From contig MCFE01000445.1 of the NCBI GenBank assembly GCA_002104905.1, forward strand, positions 9,746 to 73,745: 64,000 nt of DNA, written 5' to 3'. Made by a program: the position numbers and the translations under genes. The notes beneath the pieces are model-generated. The model saw only the letters and a list, made by a program, of their open reading frames with translations, was not told the origin of the DNA and did not search any database. The DNA is from Basidiobolus meristosporus CBS 931.73 (lineage: Eukaryota; Fungi; Basidiobolomycota). This document shows, one piece after another, positions 15,001 through 28,892 of the stretch (position 1 is the stretch's first letter; each line of letters begins with the position of its first letter).

Positions 15001-18000
15001 ATGAGCTGTCAAAGGCCTAGATAGATGATTCTCATTCAGCGCATCTGATAGGTGATGGTATACTTACGTCTAGAATCACTACCAAGTCTTCCAATCCATT
15101 GCTTCCGCAACAACTATCAGTGACACTTGTGCCAACTAAATCGAAACATAAGTCACTGAGACTTCATAGATGCTACATTAATTCTGAGATAATGGAAAAT
15201 AGCTTGGGTCAGGTGCTTAAGGCATTGTTTGTGACAGGTCAAAGAATATGGTTTCCATGCTCTAGAGAGGTGACCATTCATATCCAATATCAAGTCACAT
15301 TGACAAAACGACATTGGGTCTAGAATCCCCTCACTGGTTCGAGAAGCTTTATGATCTTTTCAATTAGAAGCATTAGGTGGATCTCATCGCAAGCCTCAAA
15401 TACGCATACTTGGCTTGGCACGGTTGTGACACAAGTAACAACTTTTGTGGTGATGATATACTTAATTGATACGCATTGCCACTCATCCTTTGAACCGACT
15501 AGTATATTTATGGTGGATAGATGTTCGCTCAGACAGGGCCAGTCAGAGGTGTGTCAGGAAAAGAGGAATCAGTTGAATGCTTCTTGGCCCAGTTTTGCCT
15601 ATCTCCATCAAAATGAATGGTTTGATGTCATCAGTCGGTACCCTTCCGGAAACTTTGAAACTGAATGCATCTTACTCATTATGATTTTATGGTTTATGCA
15701 GATTATTTGCTGTGTTGGGCTTGGTTCCCGGCTACCCCAAAACATATCAAAGCCGAGGTACATGAGTCGGCCGATGAGAACACCGGCAAAGGCCGAAAAC
15801 GATTCCTCCGGTCTTGGATTTGATCTGTCCCCCAGAAAATCGGAGCAGGGAATATTCAAGTGCTTTGTCGTGATCAAGCCTGAAAAAGCATCATCACAGC
15901 AGCATATGGTAGCATATGCAGGAGTTTTATTAGTGGTACGAGTATATGTGGAATTGGTGCCCAGTCTAATAATAGGCTACAGCGTAACTGCATACATCCG
16001 CTTTTGCGTTTCAATACATCCCTATGGCCAGGCGATTAATTAGCCCAAGACTGTACTTAGAGCCAATTTAGGAGAACCGGATTTTTAGCTATCAAAATTT
16101 CCAGCGCTCAACGACAAATATTGTCTAGGATTTGCGAACTGCCCCGCGAACTGGAGGTGTATAAGTGATAAATAACTTCTCCCAGTGAGCCCATGGAGGA
16201 GGAGAGAACTGGGTAGGGTCGCCACTGGCTCAAGTGGTCTCATTTGATCACGTTTATACTACTGGGAAGGATTTAGTGGTCTATGGAATCACCCGAATAT
16301 CTCCACTTATCTCATACATCACCACCTCCATCCTGAAACACGTTTGACCATCAACCTGGAAATCCAGGAAACGATTGAGCATCGCCGGTCAGAGCTCACC
16401 AAGCTAGATCAAGTATCCAGTGAAGATCAGTTCTGAATAATCATATTACTGGTACGAGTAGGGGACCACTGGGTTGGGCTGAATTAGGCCAGGTTTCTAT
16501 GGGTTGACAAAGCTAGTCTTGAGAGGCTGGTGTTTTCAGGTTGGCGGGTAGACCGTTGGAAGCACCACTTATTTGGATGTTTGAGTTCCCTTTCCAAGGT
16601 TTTGCGGGGGAAGTCAGGGACGAGGATCCTACCTAGTAGCTCTGGGGAAGCAGGAACTAGCACGGTGAAACGACGTGTGTGGTGATGTACCATTTGATTA
16701 AAGAGGCTTGGATCCGTGGACCCAGCACTGCTAATTTGCATCTCCAGATGGTTTACAATGGCAACATATATTTATCCCAGTATGAAGTATTCAGCTGCTT
16801 GACTAGTGTATAGGAGACTTTGAAACCCTAGTATCAATGAGTGGTGGTCCCATGAATACTAAACTTCGCCAATCCATACGCTGCGCATAATATGCCCATT
16901 TAAATGAAACTTGGTATTATATTTTACATTCTTTAATACGTCACTAGGCATCCTCGATGGCTCAATCATAAACCTAAAACTTGCCGATACACCGTGTCAA
17001 TCGCCATCCCAAGTATTCAAATGGATCCTCGACAATGGCCAGTTAGTGTCACTCCGCCGGTAGTGCGGTCATTCAGGAAACCCCCAACCCCCACTTGAGA
17101 CCACTATGCCGATGCTCTACTGGCCACATTAATCGACGCTCGATGAGAGTGTGGTAGAGTGCTCGATTTGAATCAAGACCGCAAGGGAGACGCTCCTGTT
17201 TGGCCATACGTTGGCGAATCGCAGCGAAAGCAGCTGTTTACCGCTGATGGGATCTTAGTGGAGGAGGGTTTGACACCCTGAATTTCGCAACCATGGACTG
17301 ATTAATTTGACCATGCTTTGGTGCGAGCGTAAATGCGTCGAGCTCACTGGTGTTTAGCAGCACTGATTCATCGTGGATGCCTGCTTATCCCGATACATGA
17401 CTAGGAGTAGGGAACTGGTAAAACTGGCTCACCCCCGCCAGTATTTTCCGATTGGCTTCAGCCACCAAGCCCGATCCCACCTTTTACGTAAGCATCGAGT
17501 ATAGAAACCCCCATCGAAAACCACAGTTAAACCTACGGTTACCATATTGGTCAGGAACCCACATGATTCAGATTGTTGTGGGATTTACCGATCTACCAGC
17601 AAATTAACTCAATCGAATTTCAACCACCCCATTCCATATCACAGATCTGGGCTTATTGTGGCGATGGTGACACGGACCAGATCCAGATTTCACACACGTT
17701 TACCTCAGATGAATGCGTGCGAAATGGGATGTACGTAGTTGGCAGATGGCAGCATGCGCATCCACGAGATTCACTTCAGGGATAAGCAGTGAGGAAGGTT
17801 ACTCGTGTGGTGGATCGAGCATCGGCAAGATCATCACCGATAAGCTATGAGAGGTGTCCTCAAGGGCCGAGCTCCTGATCTTGCCGAGCAAACGCTTAAG
17901 CTCCGAGTGCAGTGGGAGTCATAGGCAATTTGCTCTCAATCGTTTGCAACGTGATGGCCCAGAGGGATGACGACACCAAGACGTGCTCGTTGATACCTAG

Positions 18001-18677
18001 CATCGTTTGGGGACATAGGATCTTGCTCCCTTACAAACAATCAGGCCCGGTGCTACTGCACAAGCACAACGTAGCCACCGACACATGGCTTGTACTCTGT
18101 TTTCCGCTCTATTGTATATTGGTGGATTGAACCAATGATCGCCCACAGGCCGAGCAACCTCGAAGAAATCCCCCGACGAGTGGTTTATTTAAGATGGAAG
18201 GCATTCTTTATCGCGCCAATTCAATCATTACGTATCCTGCTCGTGTGACGTTGGGTGTTATTTGCTAATGAACAGACACATGGAACTCCAAGCACTGTTT
18301 GTTTCACATGGAAGCATTGCTGTCCTCAGGTCGTTTGGTAGGTAGCCTCACAAATCCCCCTATCATCAGCCAATGAGATGCCCGCTTGTTGACTTGGGCC
18401 ACTGCCGCAATGGATACACACCCCCAGCCCGGCATCTGATCAAGTAGGCCACTGTTCAAGTCGTCAGCTGTATCCAATATGACATCACAACAGAATATGT
18501 GAAAGGAAGTTGCCAAGAAAAAGAGCTTTGATCAAGAAGTGATTTGAAAGGCACAGACCAGCTACTATTTATTTGCAGACTATAAGCAAGAATATATGAT
18601 ATATCGAAGGGTTAGGGCGTATATGAAGGTTAGATTTACAGGAAAGCGACATGTGAGCAATGTGGTTCATACATAGT

Positions 18678-19370
18678 TCAAAATTGACTGGATTCCAGTG
18701 GAGCAAGTGTACAGTACTGATCGTTGACGAGAGGATGATTTATCCTTGGAAGTAGCTGTGATGCGTAATAGTCTCGGCAGGGGATCCTGATGGGTAGGAG
18801 TGCCGGTATAGCAGCCGGGGTTGGAGCGAATCCTGTCTGGAACACTGCATCCTTGGGCGTTGAGGGTTGGGTTGCCGGCCTGGACTCTGAGGAATTGGTG
18901 CTGATGGAGGGTCGTTTTGAGTCGGTTGATTCACTTTGGTGTGTGTGGACCTGCTTGTGTCGAGTGAGGGTAGTTTTGCGAGTAAACCTTTTGGAGCAAC
19001 CAGGGAACTCGCAATTGTATGGTTTCTTCCCCGAATGGCTGCGTCTGTGCCGAGCCAGCGAAGACGAGTCACTGAAGGAGCGCCTACATGATTTGTAGTC
19101 GCATACATGAGGTCTCTCACCGGTATGTGTCCGAAGATGCACAGTTAGGGCCGAGCGTTGAATGAATGTCTTTTCACACAAAGGCCAGTTGCATCGGAAG
19201 GGTCTCTCGCCTGTGTGTATTCGTTGGTGGCGACAAAGATCCGATTTTCGAGAAAAGGATTTCGAGCAAGACTTTATGAGGCATGTGTACTTCCTAGAGT
19301 TTTTGGCTCGATTTGTGGCAAGGGGATTTACCGTGGATGATGAGGGGTTTAGTATCAAAGAGATGTCCAT
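18678..19370 (-). CDS. C2H2 zinc-finger transcription factor, four tandem fingers, intronless
   Basis: Fingers CLIKSC..H, CNWPLC..H, CDYKSC..H, CEFPGC..H with TGERP/TGERP/SGKKP linkers. Start taken at MDISLILNP (typical fungal motif); an in-frame upstream ATG exists at 19502. Confidence 0.9.
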   Translation of the reverse strand: MDISLILNPSSSTVNPLATNRAKNSRKYTCLIKSCSKSFSRKSDLCRHQRIHTGERPFRCNWPLCEKTFIQRSALTVHLRTHTGERPHVCDYKSCRRSFSDSSSLARHRRSHSGKKPYNCEFPGCSKRFTRKTTLTRHKQVHTHQSESTDSKRPSISTNSSESRPATQPSTPKDAVFQTGFAPTPAAIPALLPIRIPCRDYYASQLLPRINHPLVNDQYCTLAPLESSQF

Positions 19371-21030
19371 AGTGCGATCGATTGATGGGTGGGATTTTTC
19401 TTGTGGTGCAATGGAGTAGATCGAGAGTCTTTTATAGCTCTGCAAGATGGGATTGAGGGGCCATCGACTACCCATGTGTTGAATGAATTGCGAACGAATC
19501 ATTGATCATAGAAAGAATAGGATTGGTACTTTCAATCGCAAGAAGTCTGCCGATCATCGTATTTGCCGATTTCATCATTGAAAGTAAGTGATGCCATTGG
19601 CATCTCAACATTACTTGGCAGTACTACGTATATAAGAATCTCAATCAGCTGGATCTCCATACGAATGGCCAATAGCCGAGTTGACGACTCCATTCTCGAG
19701 GTTACCACAATGGACCAAGCGATGGCATGCGGCGCTCAATCTTACATTTGGTCTGTTAGCATAGGTTGATTGGCAGTAAGGTGAAAATGGTTGCGAGGTC
19801 AATGGTCAAAGCAGATGCTCGGTATCGTATGAAGTAGACGCAAGAAAGCATGAGTCATTTCTAGTGTGCTCGATAGACTCGGTCTTGTGTGTCTGGCCCA
19901 ATGAGTAATTTGGTATTGAGGGAATCGAGATGACCTTTTGACAAACAGGTTGTACACTTGAATGTTTCAAATATTAGGGAATCCATGTTCTCTTCCGTCG
20001 CCTAATATAGAGGCCCAATAAGGAATACGAAATAAATACTGGAAATAAGGCACCTTGGGCCGTTTCCTCTCATTCACCAAAGCAATAAAGTGATTTCGTC
20101 ACATCTGTTGGCTATAATAAAGGTGGTTTCTGCGTCTACCGACAGTGCGAGCATCAAGTGGTGCTCATTGGCTTACCATCCACTGGCCATACGTTATTGT
20201 AGAATGTATTATTATGCAGTGAAACCAGGACTTTGACGATGGATCACTGATGGTGCTTTAGAATAGTATATTCCCATCGCTCTAAACATAAGAGCCCCAT
20301 TAGGCAGTGAATCCTAAATCTCTAACCAGTCCTTCAATTACTGATGACCATCCTCATATGCACCAGCTTGACAGTATTCTCTAGGGGAGCTCTGAGCGAG
20401 TTAGATCGTTAGGATAATTGCGCCAGGCTGGCATGATGTCATGATTGTGTTGTCTAAAACACATGTTAAACTACATTGTCTATTTCCTTTTATGGGCTAT
20501 ATTGTGCGCTTGTGCACTTGGTGCTTGTTCCTTATGATATAAAAATGATAAGTACAAAATAGTTTTAGCTGGACCACAATTCGTATTGAACGGGTGTCAT
20601 GAATATGTAAATATAGTAATCCACTGTATTTCAAAGTGATGTACCTGGGACCAATGGCTATAGCATGAACTCTGACCACACAAATATGCCTCCAACGTGA
20701 CACTGTATGCTCCAAAGACAATCCTTAGTACTGGATTCACCATGAATCCTAGTGAAGGTGTATATGCATGTATGATTGATGGATATTGGTGAACTTTGTA
20801 TATATCAATTAACTTTGCACCAAGGTGGCTGCTAAAATTTTTTATTTATTTTTGTGCAAATGGATGCTAGCATCATCCAAAGCTGAGCCTTGAGATGCAT
20901 CAATAGCCTTGCATGGTATGGATATCCTGATTTTCAAGGGTTGCAAGGGACTTTTTTAGTTGCACTACTACCTCTAGAATTTATTCAGACTTCAGTGTCT
21001 GGGATAGTTGAATCTGTTGAAATTCGTCAG

Positions 21031-22726
21031 CTACTTCTTCAGCAGTGGCTGGCGTTCTCCATCGGCGGGATTCTCTGAATCTACAATCCCTGCATTTTCA
21101 GATGTCCTCTCGATAACTGTAACTTCTTTTAGACGATTGTCACTTTTACGAATAACCTTGATCTTGTTGTGTACTAAGGTGCACATTAACGCATGGTCAT
21201 AGCCAATAAATACAACTCAAACATACCATCTATGTAGACATCGGTTTCATCAATGATTTCCTGTGAAACTATTAGAAATGGGCCCATCAGTAGCGCATCA
21301 AGCTGTTGTTACCTCGCCTATAAGTTCTTCCATGACATCTTCGAGTGTTACCACTCCCTTTGCATGCCTCGTTTGATTTTCGAACTCCACCACCAACGCC
21401 ATATGACCTGAAATATGTCAGTAGAGCATTCTACTGGGAATTTAAAGAAGTAATGTAATACATACTTTTCCCCTCCTGGAAGAAATTCAGGATATCCAGG
21501 CAAGATGTGTTTTGATTAGTTACTGGAAGGTTCCTTAACGTGAATTCCTTCACGGGAAGATTATCGTCAGGATCATATGAGATTAATTGCTTAACGAGCA
21601 GAACTCCGTAGAGGTTAGATCTGTCTCCTTCGTAGACTGGGATTCTGCTGTATCCCTTTCTTGTTATCTAAACCCTGCGTGTCAGTGAATAGCGGCAACT
21701 GAACTACCGCCTAATACTTACTTGATCCACAGTCTTTTGATCCAATATATGTTCAGAGCTCAAGATGAACACATCCTCGATGGGGGTCATGATGCGCGAG
21801 ACTGGCTTCTCTGTAAGATCTAATACTGCTTGAATGATAGTAACCTCGTCAAGTGAGAGGTTTCCCATTCTACCAGTTTGGTGCAGGGATACCAGAGTCT
21901 TAAGCTCTGTTACACTAGTCATTAGCAACTGTACCATAGAATAGCTTGTGTTATCATGATGTACCTGGTTTGCGGTAAGCCGTACCACGATCTTCGCCAA
22001 GACACCAATCTAGCAGGCGATACACAGGATATGTGATGATTCCTGTGATATACATCAGTAGCTCTACAAACCTGCAAAATATATAAGTTACAAGCTCGGG
22101 CCCCATTCAAAGGAAGATCGCTGTATTCACCATGCTAAAGAAGCACCTATCGCGAGTCCGAATCGAACACACAGTGCTAAATCCAACGTAAGTCACCAGG
22201 AGCTTCTCATCTGTACAGAATGTGTTTGCTTGTTTACCTTGAGGTATCACTCTATTATTATAGATGAGCAATTATTCAATCATACAAGATATATGGATTG
22301 TTTTGGTTACTTACTCTCCGAATATCACAATACATACAGTTGATATCAAGACGGCTTCCCATCCGCTACCAAAGACCGAGTCTATGATCACCGGAAGTGT
22401 TTCGTTAACTGCTACGTTAGATAAAAGCAAGGTGGCAAGGACCCAGTGTTTCCGTTTGTGGAGAATCTTGTACACCTTCTTGGCGTATTTCTTCTCTCTC
22501 CCTTCGCCACTTTCCATTAAGACTTCGAGATTGGTTTCGTCCAGACCCATCAAGCCAAGAGTCAGGCCTATGTGATTGCTATTCAGTGCATCTTGTATGA
22601 ACAATGAGTGAAATCTCAAGGCAGTCACCGCCTACCAGCAAATAATCCGCCCAGGGCGACGAGGACGATGCTAATTCCCACCTTCCACCAAAATTCGAAT
22701 GATCCTGGATCCACTTTTAACTCCAT
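21031..22726 (-). CDS. MAM3: CNNM/Mam3-family metal transporter (DUF21 + CBS pair), multi-exon; start uncertain
   Basis: DUF21: [30 protein letters not shown]...[22 protein letters not shown] region: [45 protein letters not shown]. Stop TAG at 21031-21033. Confidence 0.88.
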
Positions 22727-23904
22727 TCTTGAACTATTGTGTCTTGGACTTGCGAAGGTTCCTAATCGGAAGAATATCTCACTCGGCTAGCATGATCTTT
22801 AGCTTAAATAGCCATAGTCTTCGGTTACTCATGACGTCAAGCTCTGTCAGGTATTCATTCAGCCACTTTCGGACAAACTCGAACTCAGATCGATGTGACG
22901 TAAGGGTATGAGGACAGCTAATCATCCCAGTGAACGGTGGAGGGCGATAATAGAGGTCTGGTATCGAATAGATTACCTTTCTCGACATCAAGCATAGCTA
23001 CGCTGTGATGAAATGGGATTTCCATTGGCGTATACACTTTATGATGGCCAGAAGAAATCTAACTGAATGTGACAAATCAGCTCGAAATCAGATTGGCCTT
23101 GCAAGTCCAATATGAACAAAATCCTGCAGATCAGGATGATGACATTGACCCTGCTATCAGACTAACCATCCGGCAGTTAGCTTGCCCATCCCGCCATATT
23201 TATGATGATGGATGCCTGAGTTGGTTACAGAATGACCTCAAGATGTCGGATTTGCATTAGTGAATAATGATGTACTAGGTCGAATCTACACTTGTATTGA
23301 ACTTGATTTCTTCGGATCCACGTGCTGGTATATTCATTTAGTTGGCATTGGAGAGGTGAATATGTTTAGAAAGGCAAGGTGAAGGTTGAGGGAGAAATCG
23401 ACTTTTATGAAAAGTTCTTGATTTTTTGGAACAGATGTAACGTAACCTTGGCCCTTGATAAAGCGCCTATTATTTCAACATATTTGTAGAAGGCAGTCCA
23501 GTTGTAGCTGCAACGAGAAGTGAAATAAGACTTGTGAATACAGAAGATAAGTATGAATATACAACAAATCTAGCATTTACCCTAGGGCAATTAGAGCTGG
23601 GCGAATTCGTACGGGTACCCAACAGGTAATGTTGGGCAAATCTGTCATGACTATTCCTACAATGAGCAATTTATTCACGCTATAATAATTGTTGAATTCA
23701 CGAAGACTGATTGGTGCAAATGCGTAACTAATCGTAGACAAAATGCTGTTAAGCTTAAAGAAAATAAAAGAAATGGTTCAGATGAAACCAAAAAGAAAAT
23801 ATCTTCTAAGGGCATATTTATGAGAAAGAGAAGCATGTACGAAGCTTAAACAAGAAATGCCAACAAACAAATGTACGCTTCTTCCCTTGGAGTGTAGTTA
23901 CTTG

Positions 23905-24316
23905 TTATGAGATCTCCGGTATTTTTGAATTGCCTTCGCTGGTTTTCGAGCAGCTTTCCTCATCAGATACCTCGGCGTACATTTCCTCATTCAAGACGTC
24001 CTCCTCGGTAATTTTTAGTGATTTCCCGGTTCTACGTTTATGAATCTCTGAGGCTTTGTGAGCAGATTTCAAGCGTCCTTCCAGTGGACGATCCTACGAA
24101 AATAATATACGAATTAGCTGGAAATTCACTTGCTAAGCCTTCAAGGAGGCAAGTATATTCACTCCACGATGACTAGCCGCAATGTATGCCCGTTCTTGAT
24201 TTTCTAGATAGGATTGAACGACAAATGTCTTAGACAAATGGAAACAGTGTACCGAAATACGTAAACATTTCACCTTCATGCGTTCTTGAACTCTGCCGAG
24301 TAACTGAGCGAGACAT
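23905..24316 (-). CDS. 90-aa uncharacterised protein with a conserved fungal EENQERAYIAAS motif; 3 exons (24316-24274, 24203-24163, 24093-23905)
   Basis: Two GT-AG introns join in frame to MSRSVTRQSSRTHEENQERAYIAASHRGDRPLEGRLKSAHKASEIHKRRTGKSLKITEEDVLNEEMYAEVSDEESCSKTSEGNSKIPEIS*. From memory, this matches a motif in uncharacterised ascomycete proteins. Confidence 0.82.
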
Positions 24317-27300
24317 GGAATGTGACAACGTGTAATAACTATAATCCGAACCAAAAAAACTTTCCAAAGTATTTTGTTGCATTTCTGTTCTATTTTGTTG
24401 TTAGCTAGGCCCTTTGCTATTCACTCCGCGTCACTCTTATACTGATGTACGTGCCGGTAGCATTTCATCCTGAGGGCTCCTTCATTTTAAAAGAATTCAA
24501 CTGACGTGGTGGAAAGTCACAAATTTAATCAAGAGCGAACAATGTAGATAAAACCTAGATAGCCCAAAATATGAGTAAATGTATTACCCTTCATGGTAAT
24601 TCTGTTGCTTAGAATAAGGAACTTTGAATGCTTTGTTGATAATGTTCAATGTCATTGCATCTGTCTTTTTATCACTAACAATTTGATGTTGGATCTGAAA
24701 CACTCCCTCCTCATGTATGGAACCATGGTATGATTCATTGAATTTTGCGCTTTTACTCTCGGATCATAGAATCTCCCATCTTGGTAGTCGGGAACAAGGC
24801 TTTGTTGGTTGATTTCAAATGTAGCCAAGGAGCACATGGTACCTAGAGAAAAAATAGATCCTAATGAGTCAGGTCCCATTTTCTTTAAGCGACGAGCAAT
24901 AGCCATTTACCATTTGTAAGCGACGATATTCCGGAGGGTCCATTGAAATTGATGTCATGCGGTATACCCAGTGGGTCAAAGCAAATGCCTAAGACAGTTA
25001 TGCTTGCTGAACATATTCAATAATAATGATCCGTCTGCAAAGGGCTGGTGGCAGCCATAATTTGATCCCCATTGGCATCAGCACCCTGCCCAGTGAATTC
25101 TTGGCCTGCAGCTTGGATGTCACGAGCTCGTGATTCTTCATACAACCCCGAATGCACACACATACACATCACCGAGTTGATTATTCTCAACATATGCTGC
25201 GCTTGGCCAATCCTTGGGTGATCAATAATTAAATGAGGCAATCAACTTGATCATTATGTAAGGCCTGTTACAAACACACCTATCATCAATAAGTGATTCA
25301 TTCAGCGCAGCCTATGAGTGGGTTAGGGTTGGTATGATAGTGCTTGCTGATCTCACAAGTATGTGAATAATAATGATTAATTGCTAGATAGTGCTTATAT
25401 CCTGCGAATTTGATATATAAAGATGCCTTGAAATCCCGACCACCATCACCTCCTTTTATTGTTAAACTTTTGAGAGATATCAACTTGATTATGAAATTTC
25501 AATTAACCATACTACTTGGCGTTATGTTGGCCTCTGGGTAAACACCAGGATCTTTGTTCGATAGTAGAATCCTCTTACTAATGTTCTTGCAGCTGTACTT
25601 ACGCAGGTGAAATAATGGATCGTTTACGTAGTCAGCAAGAGCAATTACCTTACAAATACAGTCACGTCGGAAACTTAAAAAGACGTAGCGACGAATCGAT
25701 ACAACAGTCCAAATTTAGAGAAGCCTTGTCGGCGCAGATGGAACACACTAAGTTCAAGTACAATTTTAAGGAAGTGGAGCCTGAAAGGAAATAGGGCCCC
25801 GGCTATGCGATTTTGAGGTGGAGTTGTTTACATTCCCCGTTGTAAGTTATACGAAATGATTCTCCTTCACGAATTAGTAACTTTAAATAGTCAGTTCTGG
25901 TTACTTCAAACAATAAATATCTTTGGGCTCAGCCTGTCGAGCTTTTCGGCCACTTGTAAGTGCTAGGTAACTAGGGTTGTATCTTAACAAATTAGCGAGT
26001 TTCATGAGTTGGACCTTGGCCTTGCAGTGAATACAGATGTGATGCGGTTTGTTGTGGACAGGTTTTACGACTTACATTATATGTGATAAAATCGAATATC
26101 ACAGAACTATGCAACATAGGAAATTTAACGAGAGACCTACATCAACCTGTAGAACCTTGTTCCATCAGTTCTTTATGTTACTGAAAACAGTGACCATTAT
26201 CTGGTCATCGGAAGCAGTACCAGAGTTGGGCTAGGATATTGGTGCTTACTCTCCATGACATTTGTAAGCAGTACTGAATCACCATCGAGCTAATATGCCA
26301 TGGAAGTGTAAATAACGGCCAGTTAGGTCAAATAGCACACATTAATTAATCTTCAACTGACTGGTATTGCGTGTCTCCAACTCCATAGCTGGATCCTCAA
26401 TATAGCCAGATATGTGTGCTGCAGTACTCCCAAGTTAAACTGACGTAAGAATTCCGGCACCCATTGCATTGAACAGTCCTTGTATTGGAGTTGTCAGACA
26501 TTCCTACCAAAGCTACTCGAAATACGGATTCTTGATGGGTGAACCAAATCCCACAAGCTTAAACTATTTTGGTGACACTGGCCGCTCTGACATCGACTCA
26601 TCATTAAATGGGTTTATCATCACCAAAACTAAATTCCTTGCCGAAATTTCGATTATCTTGGACGGATTTAGACCAGATAATATAACATGACTCACCATTA
26701 GGTGGTCAGGTGTATCTTGCTTAGCTACGGCCCACCTTTAACGAAACCATTGATTAGTTGGCATCCGCCTCTAGGTAACCACTGCGTACTCAGGCGGCAA
26801 TTTTGAAATACACCTACAGCACATCAAGCCTGCAGAACCCATGATCCCAATTTAATCAAGTCACTCAGGATCACGGCCTGCGGTCCGGGCTTCTGAAGAT
26901 ATACTGATCTTGATGTTGGATCGATTCACTCCCCCAGACGCATCAACTGACTCTTATCATGAGCAAAAGCTCAGCACTGTTACTCGTGATATTGGTGGAT
27001 ACGATGAATCGTATCGATATGGTTCTTGGGAGAAATTCCCTAGATCCGTCGCCGCTAACCCCATCACTCCAGCCAACTACTCTCCCAGTTCGTCTGGCTA
27101 CATTATCATTGATCAAGGTGATTTGTTGCGTCGTTGATGATTGATGGTGTGGGACCGGTTAATTTAAATATCACCTGGGAGCCACTTGAAATCTCCAACC
27201 AATATTGCTCTGTTTGGTAAGATGCCCCAGTGATTTTACAAATATCACCTCGTGAGGTTGTAGTTGGCAACAGGTTTTCCACCGGTGGATTTATTTGGAT

Positions 27301-28592
27301 GGATTTTAGAAGCAGCCAGAGCCCAATAGATTGTGGCATGAAGCCAGACAATCACAGTACACCCCGTTTGCTCCATTCTAGTGGATGCAGCTGGGTTAGC
27401 CCCAGTGGTTGCTGAATTAAGCAAGCCCTTCTGAAGTTCGGCTTGTGTGTACATAGCCGAGGCTGGCCATCAAGACATTGCACGATTCCATAACATCCTC
27501 CTCCAAAAATAGCGCAGATCCAACTCAGAAACCTAGCTCACCATTGCTGCTCAGATCAATGAAAATATCACCCGTTGAGCCGTCAAAGGCCCCAATCACT
27601 TGGGGTATTCGGATAATCCTGGTGCTCTCGAGCTTTTCACCTCAGCCCATGCAAACTTAATCATGTTGAAGTAACAGATGATGTCTTTGAGCTATGACCC
27701 ATGAGGCGTTGGGTAGATAGTTGCTATATCCCGTCTGGGCGTGCTCCCTACTCGATGCCACTCACTTGTGAAGGCGGAGTGATGCCTATCTCCCATTCGA
27801 AAGAATCCTGTTGGGTAGGTGGGCTCGTTTATTCACACTTGGAATGTGGCTCATCATACACCCTCAGGTGGCTCAGTATCACAAAGGAGTAAGTATGACG
27901 GGCAGAAAGTTCTCTGGCACCACATACCTCCTTATGTTAGAGATTTGGCTAAGGAACCAAATGAGAACATATGCACACATACAAGATTCCCAACCGCACC
28001 AGCTTTCAAGAAAAATGACTGGAGGGCGAGCCTGTTAGAAATGGCCGTAGGCGAATTATCCGGTATTTGAAATCCACGGTACCCTAATTCTGCATCGTTT
28101 CAGAATTCTGGTCGCTGATAGGTGAATTCGAGGGAAAGGACATAGTGCGATTGTTCCATTGAGCTTCAAGAGTCATCAAAAAATCGAATTCCATTATGTC
28201 ATATTGTTGGCAATCTTTCCTCACAAGCATTGTATTAGCCATACAGTTCTAGTTATAGCGTTTTACTCTGATTTGAAACTGAGAACATATCCAAGGTATT
28301 GCTGATCCCAGCAGTGACAACCTTTATCCGCTGATCCGCAGATCCAGGTAACCTATGGCTCACACAATAGGGTGCATGCTCAGGTCCCTATATCTTTGTG
28401 ATCTAATGCTCCAGACCTGGAGGATTTGGCGGAAAATCTATGGATTTATTAGGTGCCATTCGGTTGGTACAAATACCCTTCAATGGCCACCTTATTCCTC
28501 AACCACTTCTCACTCATATTTTTTGTAAAGTCCAAGGTCGGAGACATCATTCAATTTGTAAACCTCTGAAGACAAAGTCCTCATTATTTCTA

Positions 28593-28892
28593 ATGGCCAC
28601 TGTATCAAACTACATCCCACCTGCCCGCTTCAACACTGTTTCTCCTTTCGAAGGTCCTGTCCGTTTTGTTGACCGCTTGAAACATGACCCTGTTCTCCAA
28701 ATTATGGCAGATATTGGCAAGCAAAGCCAGCCAGATACCAGAAGGGCCGTTCTAAGTGCTGAGGCAACAGCCTACCAGGAGCAGACCTTCGCGCAGCAAC
28801 CGGCTACTGGCGAGCAAGCAGCCCCTCAATTCCGACGACCCGATGTCCCCTCAAAGTCCAGCCACTCAACCTTGTGCAAGTCGCAGAAGTGA
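28593..28892 (+). CDS. Hypothetical 99-aa protein (orphan ORF)
   Basis: ATG in AATGG context, GC-balanced coding-like composition, protein-like text (MATVSNYIPPARFNTVSPFEGPVRFVDRLKHDPVLQIMADIG...). No recognised family. Confidence 0.3.
   Translation: MATVSNYIPPARFNTVSPFEGPVRFVDRLKHDPVLQIMADIGKQSQPDTRRAVLSAEATAYQEQTFAQQPATGEQAAPQFRRPDVPSKSSHSTLCKSQK

Noticed and set aside
15351-16043. 230-aa + strand ORF
   Set aside because: No recognisable motif and atypical composition; the opposite strand has only broken protein-like pieces. Probably a chance or relic ORF.
24652-25483. Three minus-strand ORFs as a multi-exon gene
   Set aside because: No stop-free splice model or family match could be supported.
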